A DNA stretch of 64,000 nt from an uncultured Candidatus Saccharibacteria bacterium (lineage in GTDB: Bacteria; Patescibacteriota; Minisyncoccia; Phycocordibacterales; UBA918): positions 33,538 to 97,537 of the forward strand of contig CAYGJY010000002.1 of assembly GCA_964350645.1 (NCBI GenBank), in the 5' to 3' direction. Positions within the stretch are counted from its first letter, which is position 1. The number at the start of each line of letters is the position of its first letter. A program made the translations under genes and the position numbers. Shown piece by piece: positions 8,568 to 18,097 of this stretch. Below the pieces are notes generated by a model, which searched no databases, was not told the origin of the DNA, and saw nothing but the letters and a program-made list of their open reading frames with translations.

Positions 8568-9371
8568 CTATTTCAGTTCGTAACTGATGTTAACCCGAGC
8601 AGTGATAGTGTTCTCTCCAGTAGGTAACTTTGGTGCAATCATACCACCAAAACCACCGTTGTCAGCCGACATCTCCATGGTGGCCATCCTCATTTCAGGC
8701 ATATAACCACCATTAGTATCTTCCCAATAACCAGTAATCCGGCCAAGTTCCATACCCAGGTTTTTAGCTAACTCTTTAGCTTTAGCTCTCGCATCAGCAA
8801 TCGCAGCTTGACGCGCCTGCATCATCAGCTCATCTTCATCATCAATCGTAAACTGCAAGCTACTGATATTGGTAGCCCCTCGTTCACCCACCCCAGAAAT
8901 TAAATCTCCAGAAGCATCGAGGTCACGGACCTTAACGGTCACACTTTGATACACTTCGTAGCCATCAAGCACTTGCTCTCCTCCAGGGCAAACACTGCCA
9001 ACCGGACAAGCAGCTTGTTCCCAGCGATACTTTGGATTGAGATTATAATTATCAGTCTTCACATCCTTCTCTGCTACTCCAGCTTCTTCAAGATACGCCA
9101 GAACAGCATTAATGGCTTTTGCCGACTCTTCCTGTGCGGTAGCCGCATCCTCTCCCTCAGCCTGCACGGAGAATGAGAACGTACCAATATCTGGCTTAGC
9201 TAGCACTTCGCCTTCACCAGCCACCTGAATATTTGCCTCTCCAGTAAAAACGCTTTTTGCTTCTTTGAGAGTTAGATGTGTGTACGCCCCCAATGCCCCA
9301 ACGACTCCAATGAGCGCCAAAGTAAGCAAAACCTGTACATACCCTTTAGACCAAAATGATTGTGTTTCCAT
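8568..9371 (-). CDS. SIMPL-domain (DUF541) periplasmic/secreted protein with an N-terminal TM anchor
   Basis: TM segment VQVLLTLALIGVVGALGAY; composition and length typical of the SIMPL/26 kDa periplasmic immunogenic protein family. Confidence 0.55.
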   Translation of the reverse strand: METQSFWSKGYVQVLLTLALIGVVGALGAYTHLTLKEAKSVFTGEANIQVAGEGEVLAKPDIGTFSFSVQAEGEDAATAQEESAKAINAVLAYLEEAGVAEKDVKTDNYNLNPKYRWEQAACPVGSVCPGGEQVLDGYEVYQSVTVKVRDLDASGDLISGVGERGATNISSLQFTIDDEDELMMQARQAAIADARAKAKELAKNLGMELGRITGYWEDTNGGYMPEMRMATMEMSADNGGFGGMIAPKLPTGENTITARVNISYELK

Positions 9372-9397
9372 ATATATGAATTATTAACTTACGCCCA

Positions 9398-10369
9398 TTA
9401 TAATCCAAATCGAATAAATAGTCGCTCGATAAAAGAACGTGTGGTCGCTCCACACACCCGTTCAAATTCAAGAATATCGGCCTCGTCCAACACCAAAGGT
9501 TCAGACTGGGCTCCTAGGTACGCAAACAGTACTGCTGTTTCAGTTCCCACATGATCCAGGGACAGAGCATGACCAAGTTCATGTGTTAACAATAACTGTA
9601 ACGATGATTCATTTTGAAATTGATTGATATTAATTGTCCGGTCACGATAGTGCCCCGGCATAAATTCTTGTCTGCCAGCAAACGTATCGTTGTATACCGT
9701 ATTTTTTTGGTTGTACCGTTCGACCAAATCTTGTGATCGTTCACTAATTATATTTATTTGCTTACTCAAATTTCCTAACTGAGCATTAAGTGTATTTATA
9801 GCTGCCTGTTCCTCCTCCAGCCATTGTTGCTCTGTTTCTAAGGCGGCCAGTTCTTCCGGTGAGACTGTCCCAGCTGTTGAAAATACAGCCACCTTCTCAT
9901 CATAGGCATCAAGTCTTTGTAGATGTAGCGAGACTCGATTTTCATACTCAATCCCTAGATTCCTAAATTCAGCTTCCAGTTCTTGATACGTCTGGTCAAT
10001 AGCATCTTGCACACTGAGTGAGGCATCCAGCTTTTGCAACAATGTTTCTTGATCATCAATAAATGCTTGCTGCTCATCGTACACAAAGTTAATTTCAATT
10101 TCCCCCTCTGGCTGATACACAAAAATATCAGCTCCAATGCCTTGTTCCCACACACGTTCAGCATCAGCAATGGCGCTCAGAGCTTCTGTTTCAGATAAGC
10201 CAAAGCGCTCATCGATAAAGCCAATTCGATATGACAGCGGTAGCGCACAAACAGTTTGTGCCTCACGATACATATAAAAACTCGATCCTAAGATCGTGAT
10301 AATTAAAGCTATGGCAAACGGCATTCGCATAGGTATCATGATAGCAAAAAGCTTGCTTTTAAGCAGCAC
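9398..10369 (-). CDS. membrane-anchored metzincin-like zinc metalloprotease with a central coiled-coil
   Basis: HELGHALSLDH (HExxHxxGxxH) near the C-terminus. N-terminal TM helix. A long Q/E/L-rich heptad segment. Confidence 0.55.
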   Translation of the reverse strand: MLLKSKLFAIMIPMRMPFAIALIITILGSSFYMYREAQTVCALPLSYRIGFIDERFGLSETEALSAIADAERVWEQGIGADIFVYQPEGEIEINFVYDEQQAFIDDQETLLQKLDASLSVQDAIDQTYQELEAEFRNLGIEYENRVSLHLQRLDAYDEKVAVFSTAGTVSPEELAALETEQQWLEEEQAAINTLNAQLGNLSKQINIISERSQDLVERYNQKNTVYNDTFAGRQEFMPGHYRDRTININQFQNESSLQLLLTHELGHALSLDHVGTETAVLFAYLGAQSEPLVLDEADILEFERVCGATTRSFIERLFIRFGL

Positions 10370-10435
10370 TAAAGCAGTAGACTAGACAAAATAACTTCAA
10401 TAGATTATCTTCAGATATAGAAACGAAACCGGAGG

Positions 10436-10915
10436 ATGGTAATGACCTACGCAGCTGACCGTAAGCGTACTCGTCGCCATCTTTCTAGGATGGTAGGGCG
10501 TAGTAGAAAAGAAGTTCTTTCAGGAAGAAACCCTAGGCTCCATGGGATGCACGGCAACACTCGCGGCGACATCAATGAAAAAAGAGCGCTATCGACGCTT
10601 AAAAAAATCATTGATGACTTATCACCTGAAGCCCGCCGAGCCATTATTGATTTTTGGCAAGTGGCAAAAAATTCACCTCATGACCATTTCGGTTGGGATA
10701 TTATTATTGAAACTGACTTCGGATTGGTTGGTTTTCAAGTAAAAAGCTCTGCGAGTAGCAGACGAAGATTCCTCAAGACGGCACGCTATCAGGGAATCCC
10801 CTGCGTCGTTATAAACGATAAGACGAGCTGTGCTGAATGGCACAAACAAGTAAGCCAGGCATTCATCGCTTGTCTATTAGAACTCATAGAGCGGAAGAAG
10901 GGCCGCCAGACTTAA
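10436..10915 (+). CDS. hypothetical protein with an Arg-rich N-terminus and a possible PD-(D/E)xK-like motif
   Basis: GWDIIIETDFGLVGFQVKSS resembles a nuclease core strand pattern. There is no family assignment. Confidence 0.35.
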   Translation: MVMTYAADRKRTRRHLSRMVGRSRKEVLSGRNPRLHGMHGNTRGDINEKRALSTLKKIIDDLSPEARRAIIDFWQVAKNSPHDHFGWDIIIETDFGLVGFQVKSSASSRRRFLKTARYQGIPCVVINDKTSCAEWHKQVSQAFIACLLELIERKKGRQT

Positions 10916-10965
10916 TTGCATAATTGGTCTGTGCGGTTTTGTCTTTTTAAATACTACTCATACAA

Positions 10966-11000
10966 ACAAAAACGGCGTACCGAAAAGTACACCGTTTTGT
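10966..11000. terminator. intrinsic terminator between the hypothetical gene and nrdB
   Basis: ACGGCGTAC-CGAAAA-GTACACCGT stem followed by TTTTG. Confidence 0.55.
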
Positions 11001-11011
11001 ACAGGTGCTTA

Positions 11012-12019
11012 CTACCACTCAAGTGAACCAGAGTTCTGATACTCAGTCACTTTTGTTTCAAAGAAGTTCTTCTCTTTTGAAACATCCATGATCTCGCTCA
11101 TCCATGGGAATGGATTTTCTTTCATATAGAATTTTGGTAAACCAAGTCGTTCGAAACGCCGATCAGCGATAAACTCAACGTAGTCTTTCACCGCTTGCGG
11201 GTTGAGACCAAGGAAGCCGTTTGGCATTGCATCGTCAACGTAGTTTTGTTCGTGCACAACCGCTTCTTTAATCTTCTCGATAATGTCAGCCTGGAAGCTC
11301 TCAGTCCATGCGTCTGGGTTCTCAGACTTGATTGTGTTAATCAAATCAATTCCGAAAGCCAAGTGCACTGACTCATCACGCAAAATGTACTGGAACTGGT
11401 CACCAATTCCAACCATCTTGTTTTGACGTTTCATTGAGAGAATCATCGCAAAACCAGCATAGAAGAAGATTCCTTCCATGATCACATAGAAACCAATCAG
11501 ATCATGCATAAACTTCTGGATCCCCTCAGTTGAATCAGTCTTGAAGTTAGGGTCAAGCACTGACTGGGTGAAGTTAATTACAAAGTCATCTTTCGCCTTA
11601 ATCGACGGGATTGTCTCATACATGTTGTAAATCTCATCCGGATCAAGACCGAGTGAATCACAGCAGTAAATAAAGGTGTCAGTATGAATCGCTTCTTCAT
11701 ACGCCTGACGCAACATGTACTGGCGGCACTCAGGGTTGGTCACGTGGTTGTAGGCAGCCAAAACGATATTGTTGGCGGTCAGTGACTCAGCGGTAGAAAA
11801 GAAGCCAAGGTTCCACAAGATCATCCGGCGCTCGTCATCAGACAATGCCCCTGGTCCCTGCTTTTTCCACAGCTCGATGTCAAGCTGCATCGACACCTCT
11901 TCTGGTGTCCAGTTATTGTTGACTCCAGCTTTATAATGCTCACGCGCCCACTTATACCGCATCGGTAAAATTTTGTTTGGATCGGTCGTGCTGTTGTTGA
12001 TAATTCCTGATTTATTCAT
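11012..12019 (-). CDS. nrdB: ribonucleotide reductase class Ia small subunit
   Basis: Di-iron ligand motifs (EAIHTDTF, ESVHLAF) and the tyrosyl-radical region (FFYAGFAMI). Confidence 0.9.
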   Translation of the reverse strand: MNKSGIINNSTTDPNKILPMRYKWAREHYKAGVNNNWTPEEVSMQLDIELWKKQGPGALSDDERRMILWNLGFFSTAESLTANNIVLAAYNHVTNPECRQYMLRQAYEEAIHTDTFIYCCDSLGLDPDEIYNMYETIPSIKAKDDFVINFTQSVLDPNFKTDSTEGIQKFMHDLIGFYVIMEGIFFYAGFAMILSMKRQNKMVGIGDQFQYILRDESVHLAFGIDLINTIKSENPDAWTESFQADIIEKIKEAVVHEQNYVDDAMPNGFLGLNPQAVKDYVEFIADRRFERLGLPKFYMKENPFPWMSEIMDVSKEKNFFETKVTEYQNSGSLEW

Positions 12020-12227
12020 AGTAGTTATGTGTTGTACACCATTACCTCAATAATAAAATTATGTGGTTTTTAGTGGCGCGTTTCTCGCGCATTAAGGGGC
12101 TAGTAAAGGCGACCGTCTGAGCAGCGTCTCGTGTGTTACAAATTGGGCGAGAAGCGGCGCTCGGCGGGGACTGCGTGTCGCGTCACGTAGTCCCAGCCGA
12201 GCGCCGCTTGAGTCCCTCTATTGTACA

Positions 12228-15095
12228 CTACTGACAAGCATCGCAAACCGCTTCTTCCGCAATGTGTAGTTTAATCTGCGGTTGTGCTGGGACTTTGGCA
12301 ACTTCAACAACTTTAGCAGCGTCGATTTGTTCTTTTTGGATTGGTGACGGAGTTGGCATCGGTGACGGAGTAGCAACTGTGCCAACAACGTCGTTACCGG
12401 TTGTCTGTTTCGTCTCATTCTTCTGACGCATCTGGGTACCAGCTGCATCAATGGTTGATTTCTCTACTTGAGAAGCTCCTAGTGACCGCAAATAGTATGT
12501 AGTCTTCACTCCTGCCTCCCACGCATACATATAGAGATCTGAAATTTCTTTACCTGACGTACCAGCGTAGAAGATATTAAGTGACTGTGACTGATCGATC
12601 CACTTTCCACGAGCGGCGGCGGCTTTCACCAACCAACGCATATCAATTTCAAAGGTTTCCTTAAAACGATCTTTTAATTCTTGTGGCACCCGATCAATCT
12701 TTCGCAGCGATCCATCATTAAACTTAATCTCATTAAGCATTTCTTTATCCCAGAGGTTGAGCTTCTTAAGTTCTCGTACCAAGGCATTGTTCACAATAAT
12801 GAAGTCTCCTGAAATATTAGCCTTCACGTAAATGTTCTTATAGATTGGTTCAATTCCAGGGATTGATCCAGCAATATTTGAGATAGTTGCAGTTGGTGCA
12901 ATCGCCATACAATTGCTGTTACGCATACCGTACTGCTTAATTGCTGCCCGCACTGGCGCCCAATCAAGTGACTCAGTCTTATCGGTACCAGTCGGCATAC
13001 CACGGTTTTCTTCGAGAAGAGCGATCGTATCAACCGGAAGAATTCCTCGATCCCACTTAGAGCCGGTGAAACTTTCATATGAACCACGCTCTTTTGCTAA
13101 GTCTGCTGAAGCCATAATCGCTGAATGTGACACAAGCTCCATTGAAGTGTCAGCAAATTGTACACACTCATCTGAATCAAAATTGATACCGAGTTCGTAC
13201 AGTGCATCTTGGAAGCCCATAACACCAAGACCGACTGGGCGGTGCTTCATGTTTGAGTTACGTGCTTCTTTGGTTGGGTAGAAGTTAAGATCGATGACGT
13301 TATCGAGCATACGCATTGCAACAGCAACAGTTGCTTTCACTTTATCAGTGTCGAGTTCCCCTCCCTTGGTGTGGCGCGCTAAGTTAACTGAACCAAGATT
13401 ACACACCGCTGTCTCAGTCTCTGACGTATTGAGCGTAATCTCAGTACAGAGGTTTGAGTTATGTACCACACCGGCATGATCTTGTGGTGAACGAATGTTT
13501 GATGGATCCTTGAAAGTGACCCATGGGTGACCAGTTTCGAAGAGCATACCAATGTGTCGCTTCCAGAGATCACGAGCCTTCATCTTCTTGAAGAGATTAA
13601 TTTCACCTCGTTCTGCCATCGCTTCATATTTTTCGTATAGAGTTTCAAACTCCTTACCGTACGTCTCAGTCAAATCAACCGCTTCGTCTGGTGAAAATAA
13701 CGTCCAATCACCATCTTCTTTCACTCGCTTCATAAAGAGATCAGAGATCCATGAAGCAGTGTTCATATCATGAGCCCGTCGACGTTCATCACCAGTGTTC
13801 TTACGCAGTTCCAAGAAATCAAGAAAATCGTAGTGCCAGTTTTCCATGTATACACAGGTAGCACCGCGACGTCGTCCAGAACGGTTAATCGCAACAGTAA
13901 CGTCGTTAGCAATCTTCAAAAACGGGATAGTTCCTTGTGAAGTGATTCCAGCAGTCTTGATCAAGGCGCCAGTTGCTCGAAGCTTACTCCAAGCAGTCCC
14001 AATGCCTCCCGCCCATTTCGAAAGCTGCGCGTTATCACCAAATACTTTAAAGATGTGATTGAGATCATCTTCCACAACGTTGAGATAACAACTTGAAAGT
14101 TGTGGGTGTGGTGTACCAGCATGAAACAACGTTGGGGTACTTGGTACAAAACTCAAGGTCGACATCACTTCATAAAATTCAATCGCTCGAGCCTCTTTTT
14201 CGGCTTCATTGAGTGCCAATCCCATGGCAATACGCATCCACATATATTGTGGCGTCTCAAGGATTTTGCCAGCTGATGTACGGATGAAATACCGATCATT
14301 GAGTGTCTCGACACCTAGGTACTTAAACAGATCATCTCGCTCTGGCTTGATCGCAGCCGTAATTTTGTCCATGTCAAAATCAAGCATGCTCTCTGCCAGC
14401 TTTTTGTCAGCGACTCCTTCCTTAATATTGCGGGCAAAGGCTGTTTTATATTTGTCTGCAAAATCCTTGTCAGCCACGTCCAAGTTTTCACTGATCGCTT
14501 CATTATAAAGACGCGCACACAACTGACGCGCTGCAGCAGTTGAGTACGCTGGATCGTTTTCAATCCGTGCCCGCAAAACGAGTGTAACAAGCTTAGCAAG
14601 CTCCTTAGTAGAAATACCATCGTATACTTCGCGCTCTACCTGATTCACCACACTCTCCAAATTGACTTCTACTTCAATGCCAGTCAAAAACTTACCAACA
14701 TACTTCATCATCTCTTCTCGAGAAAATTGTTCTTCGCCATCGGCTGTCTTAATCATCAACCGATTCTCCTCAATCTCCTTAACAATCTCATCTTTTCTCT
14801 CTTCAGTCTGGCGAAAGCGGTACAAAATGTATGCTTTAGCAACGTTGAAATAACCACGCTCCATGAGTGTCTCTTCAACTAAATCTTGAACAAACTCAAC
14901 AGTTGGGCATGGCCCTTCGGTAGCGGCTTCGCACTTAGTGACCAGTTTGGCCAGCACACGGTCAACCATTTGCTCAAGTACACGCTCATCAACAGCAACA
15001 GCTTCGGCTGCGAAGGCTTTTTTGATCGCAACTTGCATTTTACCTTGATCAAACGGTACTACCTGACCATTTCTTTTTGTAATCTCTGTAAACAT
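12228..15095 (-). CDS. nrdA: ribonucleotide reductase class Ia large subunit with an N-terminal ATP-cone
   Basis: ATP-cone KRNGQVVPFDQGKMQVAIKKA; active-site NLCTEI, SNLCTE and C-terminal CDAC redox pair. The track start at 15116 is GTG; the ATG start is at 15095. Confidence 0.9.
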   Translation of the reverse strand: MFTEITKRNGQVVPFDQGKMQVAIKKAFAAEAVAVDERVLEQMVDRVLAKLVTKCEAATEGPCPTVEFVQDLVEETLMERGYFNVAKAYILYRFRQTEERKDEIVKEIEENRLMIKTADGEEQFSREEMMKYVGKFLTGIEVEVNLESVVNQVEREVYDGISTKELAKLVTLVLRARIENDPAYSTAAARQLCARLYNEAISENLDVADKDFADKYKTAFARNIKEGVADKKLAESMLDFDMDKITAAIKPERDDLFKYLGVETLNDRYFIRTSAGKILETPQYMWMRIAMGLALNEAEKEARAIEFYEVMSTLSFVPSTPTLFHAGTPHPQLSSCYLNVVEDDLNHIFKVFGDNAQLSKWAGGIGTAWSKLRATGALIKTAGITSQGTIPFLKIANDVTVAINRSGRRRGATCVYMENWHYDFLDFLELRKNTGDERRRAHDMNTASWISDLFMKRVKEDGDWTLFSPDEAVDLTETYGKEFETLYEKYEAMAERGEINLFKKMKARDLWKRHIGMLFETGHPWVTFKDPSNIRSPQDHAGVVHNSNLCTEITLNTSETETAVCNLGSVNLARHTKGGELDTDKVKATVAVAMRMLDNVIDLNFYPTKEARNSNMKHRPVGLGVMGFQDALYELGINFDSDECVQFADTSMELVSHSAIMASADLAKERGSYESFTGSKWDRGILPVDTIALLEENRGMPTGTDKTESLDWAPVRAAIKQYGMRNSNCMAIAPTATISNIAGSIPGIEPIYKNIYVKANISGDFIIVNNALVRELKKLNLWDKEMLNEIKFNDGSLRKIDRVPQELKDRFKETFEIDMRWLVKAAAARGKWIDQSQSLNIFYAGTSGKEISDLYMYAWEAGVKTTYYLRSLGASQVEKSTIDAAGTQMRQKNETKQTTGNDVVGTVATPSPMPTPSPIQKEQIDAAKVVEVAKVPAQPQIKLHIAEEAVCDACQ

Positions 15096-15491
15096 AACGG
15101 GGTGATTAAGAGCCACTTATATCCATAAGTGGAGTATGGGGTTAATAAACCGCCTCTGAAAAGCTTCAGGGTCGGAAGAGATAATCTCTCGCAGAAATTA
15201 TTGGTGGTGATGTATCTCTGTCAGCGTATTTTTCAATACCGCTAACAAATCATGCGACTGCTACTACGCTGCCGCAGACAATCATTTCTAAGAAAGATTA
15301 CTGCGTCTTTCGGGGTCTTGAACACACTACTCTGCGGCTAACAGAGCACAAATGCGTGCCGTACCTCCGACACACAAAGTTGGAGAGCCTCGTGTGTTAC
15401 CTAGATAGTAGCGCTGCCCTTTTGATTTGTAAAATAGGCCTAATATACTCTGATTTGTGGATATTCTTTTGCGGCGCTTTGAAAATAGATT

Positions 15492-15538
15492 GAAGAATAG
15501 GGCTGTTTTTTTCGAAGAAAAAAACAGCCCTATTCTTT
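15492..15538. terminator. perfect 20-bp hairpin (AAGAATAGGGCTGTTTTTTT-CGAAG-AAAAAAACAGCCCTATTCTT) inside the nrdA leader. Could be a terminator or attenuator
   Basis: Perfect inverted repeat with A/T runs inside the stem. Confidence 0.5.
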
Positions 15539-15597
15539 CCCCTGTGGATAGCCACGTGCTTGTCGCTTGCGCAAGAGAGTGTGTCTGTGGCCTGATA

Positions 15598-15637
15598 CAA
15601 AAAAGAGCGAAATCCTCTCGGATTTCGCTCTTTTTTA
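15598..15637 (-). terminator. intrinsic terminator of mscL (GAGCGAAATCC-TCTC-GGATTTCGCTC + TTTTTT). Palindromic
   Basis: 11-bp perfect stem with flanking A and T runs, 8 nt after the mscL stop. Confidence 0.75.
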
Positions 15638-15645
15638 CCAGTCTC

Positions 15646-16032
15646 TTACCGTCGCAAGTTGTCGCGAATCTCGCGCAACAATACCACTTCTTCACTTGGT
15701 TCTTTTGGCTTTTCTTCTTGTGGTTTTTCAGCTTCTTTCTTTTGCAAGCGTGTCAGTAATTTGACCATCATGAACACCGCAAAAGCGATAACTAAAAATT
15801 CAATAATCGATTGTATAAATACCCCATATGTAATTTCGGCGCTACCAACCATTAGTGACTTGTCAGTAAAGTCGATGCCGCCAAGGACAATCCCGAAAGT
15901 AGGCATGATAATGTTATTGACGAGTGAAGTAGTGATCTTGCCAAACGCTGCACCAATCACAACGGCAACTGCCAGATCAAGCACATTACCCTTCATGGCA
16001 AAGGCTTTAAATTCCTCAAGAAATTTTTTCAT
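15646..16032 (-). CDS. mscL: large-conductance mechanosensitive channel
   Basis: MKKFLEEFKAFAMKGNVLDLAVAVVIGAAFGKI is the canonical MscL N-terminus/TM1. Confidence 0.85.
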   Translation of the reverse strand: MKKFLEEFKAFAMKGNVLDLAVAVVIGAAFGKITTSLVNNIIMPTFGIVLGGIDFTDKSLMVGSAEITYGVFIQSIIEFLVIAFAVFMMVKLLTRLQKKEAEKPQEEKPKEPSEEVVLLREIRDNLRR

Positions 16033-16075
16033 ATACTTATAGTTAAATAAATTATTGTGACTGTATTATAGCCTC

Positions 16076-17197
16076 TTAATGATGGTGGTGGCCATGGGAC
16101 GATGTCAGACTTGCCTCGTCAACACCCCGAGTGCCAAACCACCACGCAGCTAACGCAGTGGTCAAAGGTACCGCCAAAATCAATCCGATACTCCCAACAA
16201 TAATCCGGACCAACTCAGCCGCTACCACTTCTTGGTTGAGTGTGAGTGATAACGCTGAATCAGCACGCGCAAATAGAAGCACTAGAGGTAGCGATACTCC
16301 CACGTACGCCAGAGCCAATGTGTTCACGAGTGACCCAACATGATCTCGCCCCACACGAATTGCTCTCGTATACAACTCACGAATATCGAGTTGTGCGTTG
16401 GCTGCCTTCAGTTCTTGCACGACCGATGCTTGGGTAATGGATACATCATCAAGTACCCCCAAAATACCAATAATAATGCTTCCAAGGAGAAGTCCAGCAA
16501 AATCCAATGAACCACCAGTAGAGAAATTCAAATAGACCGATGCATCTGAGCCAAAACCAGTTAAACGCATCAGTGACACAAATGTTGCCGCAATTGCACA
16601 CGTTAGTAACACCGCACTAAACGTTCCACCGAAAGCAATCATCGAGCGCGGGTTGAACCCATGCGTTCCAAACAACACTACCGCCAAAATCGCTCCTGCC
16701 ACCGCTAGACTCACCAAGGCTGGGTTATACCCGGCCAATAGTGCTGGTACAAGCACAAACAAAATCGCTGCCACACTAAGCGCTAACGAGCCAAGGGCGC
16801 GGATCCCCTGCACTCCCGCAAACAGCACTAACAAAAATACAAATAACCCTCCCAAAATCAGCAAGTAATGTCTTCGGTCAACATCCTTAAGCACAAAATA
16901 TTCATCACCATTGATAGTCACTAAGCGATTCAGAAAAACCTCATCCCCCGGTGCCAGGGTGATGAGGTCATTATCAAATTCCACCACCGTCCCCGCACGG
17001 ACGCCAGTCTCAATCAAGGCTCGCACTGTCTGTACGGTAGTGGTGGCTCCCGTACCCGTAATTGAGCGCTCGCGCTCTGCTTCAACCGACACAATCTCAG
17101 CTTCGACTATTTCCTTTAATTCCTGATGTACAGTCTGAGCCGAGACCGGCGAAACCGCTAACAACAAAAACAGCCCAATACCAATCCGTGCCCACAT
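16076..17197 (-). CDS. YibE/F-family polytopic membrane protein with a C-terminal His-rich tail
   Basis: Signal/TM segment followed by multiple TM helices (LGVLDDVSITQASVV). Ends HGHHHH. Confidence 0.55.
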   Translation of the reverse strand: MWARIGIGLFLLLAVSPVSAQTVHQELKEIVEAEIVSVEAERERSITGTGATTTVQTVRALIETGVRAGTVVEFDNDLITLAPGDEVFLNRLVTINGDEYFVLKDVDRRHYLLILGGLFVFLLVLFAGVQGIRALGSLALSVAAILFVLVPALLAGYNPALVSLAVAGAILAVVLFGTHGFNPRSMIAFGGTFSAVLLTCAIAATFVSLMRLTGFGSDASVYLNFSTGGSLDFAGLLLGSIIIGILGVLDDVSITQASVVQELKAANAQLDIRELYTRAIRVGRDHVGSLVNTLALAYVGVSLPLVLLFARADSALSLTLNQEVVAAELVRIIVGSIGLILAVPLTTALAAWWFGTRGVDEASLTSSHGHHHH

Positions 17198-17350
17198 ACC
17201 TATCCGATTAAATCGATAATGAATGGTGCTAAATAAAATCCCAAAGCCCCACCGAGCGCAAACGTAAAGAAGGTGGCAACGATTCTTGATTCTTTATCCA
17301 TTGCTATATCTTACTCTGTAATCGGAAACAGTGCATCTGAGGTCGAGCAA

Positions 17351-17845
17351 TTAAAATTTTAGTTTCGCTCCACGCAATAATTCAAAGCCGCGTTTCACAT
17401 TATTAAATTCAGGATCAGTCTCTCCTCCAATTGCTTCTCTAATTTCTTCATAATCAAGACCATCAAACCAGACAAATTCTGAGTGATCTTCTGGATTTAG
17501 TTTAATATTTTCCAGTGGCTCAGCTAGCCGAGCAAAGTACACCACTTCAATTGAGTGCGAACCCTTCAATTCGTTCTGATAATCAAACACTGCAAACGGA
17601 TCTCCTACCTGTATATCGACACCAAATTCCTCGCGTATCTCCCTCTTCAATCCTGCAACAACATTCTCACCATAATCAATATGCCCGCCAGGTAACTCTA
17701 ACTTATCTGGCAAAAACTTCTTCGTTGCTGCTCGTTTCGGCAAAAACACTTTTTCCGCCCCATCAAAATTATGGTGAATAAAAGCACAGGCAGTAATCAC
17801 CTGTTGTCCTTCTTTTGGAACTTCGCTATCGTGAGATACTTTCAT
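17351..17845 (-). CDS. NUDIX hydrolase
   Basis: Nudix box GGHIDYGENVVAGLKREIREEFGV (GX5EX7REUXEEXGU). Confidence 0.8.
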   Translation of the reverse strand: MKVSHDSEVPKEGQQVITACAFIHHNFDGAEKVFLPKRAATKKFLPDKLELPGGHIDYGENVVAGLKREIREEFGVDIQVGDPFAVFDYQNELKGSHSIEVVYFARLAEPLENIKLNPEDHSEFVWFDGLDYEEIREAIGGETDPEFNNVKRGFELLRGAKLKF

Positions 17846-17936
17846 AGAAATACTGTATCACACTCGACTTTTAAGCTAAAAATAGGTATAGTTTTGCCCA
17901 CTGATGACGGCGAGCTTCGCTCGCCGTCCAGGAAAT

Positions 17937-18009
17937 GGCGGCTATAGTATAACGGTTAGTGCACCGGTTTGTGGTACCGGCAGTTCGGGTTCGATTCCCG
18001 GTAGCCGCC
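17937..18009 (+). tRNA. tRNA-His (anticodon GTG) with the encoded extra G-1 paired to discriminator C73. No CCA encoded
   Basis: Cloverleaf with acceptor GCGGCTA/TAGCCGC; D-arm with G18G19; anticodon loop TTGTGGT; T-loop TTCGATT. Confidence 0.85.
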
Positions 18010-18011
18010 CA

Positions 18012-18070
18012 TTTTAAGAAGCTATATTTAACAACGCATTTTGAGGGTATTTTTTAGTGCCTACTGTCTG
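18012..18070 (+). repeat. intergenic repeat R1, copy A. It directly abuts the tRNA-His 3' end
   Basis: About 85% identical to 20617-20673: TTTTAAGAAGCTA.AT..AACAACG.ATT.TGA.GGTATTTT..GTGCCTACTGTCTG. Confidence 0.7.
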
Positions 18071-18097
18071 TAGTGGAACTTTTGCTATACTCATCAG

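Noticed and set aside
12218-12451. 77-aa minus-strand ORF overlapping the nrdA 3' end
   Set aside because: It is embedded in the nrdA reading region in another frame and has basic low-complexity composition.
15117-15490. Cobalamin riboswitch or NrdR boxes upstream of nrdA
   Set aside because: Looked for the B12 box (GCCACTG core) and for 16-bp NrdR palindromes (ACACnATATATnGTGT-like). Found only partial palindromes, so no claim beyond a structured leader.
15327-15695. 122-aa minus-strand ORF in the nrdA leader
   Set aside because: It spans two perfect terminator hairpins and the mscL terminator. It has no recognisable domain, so it is taken as spurious.
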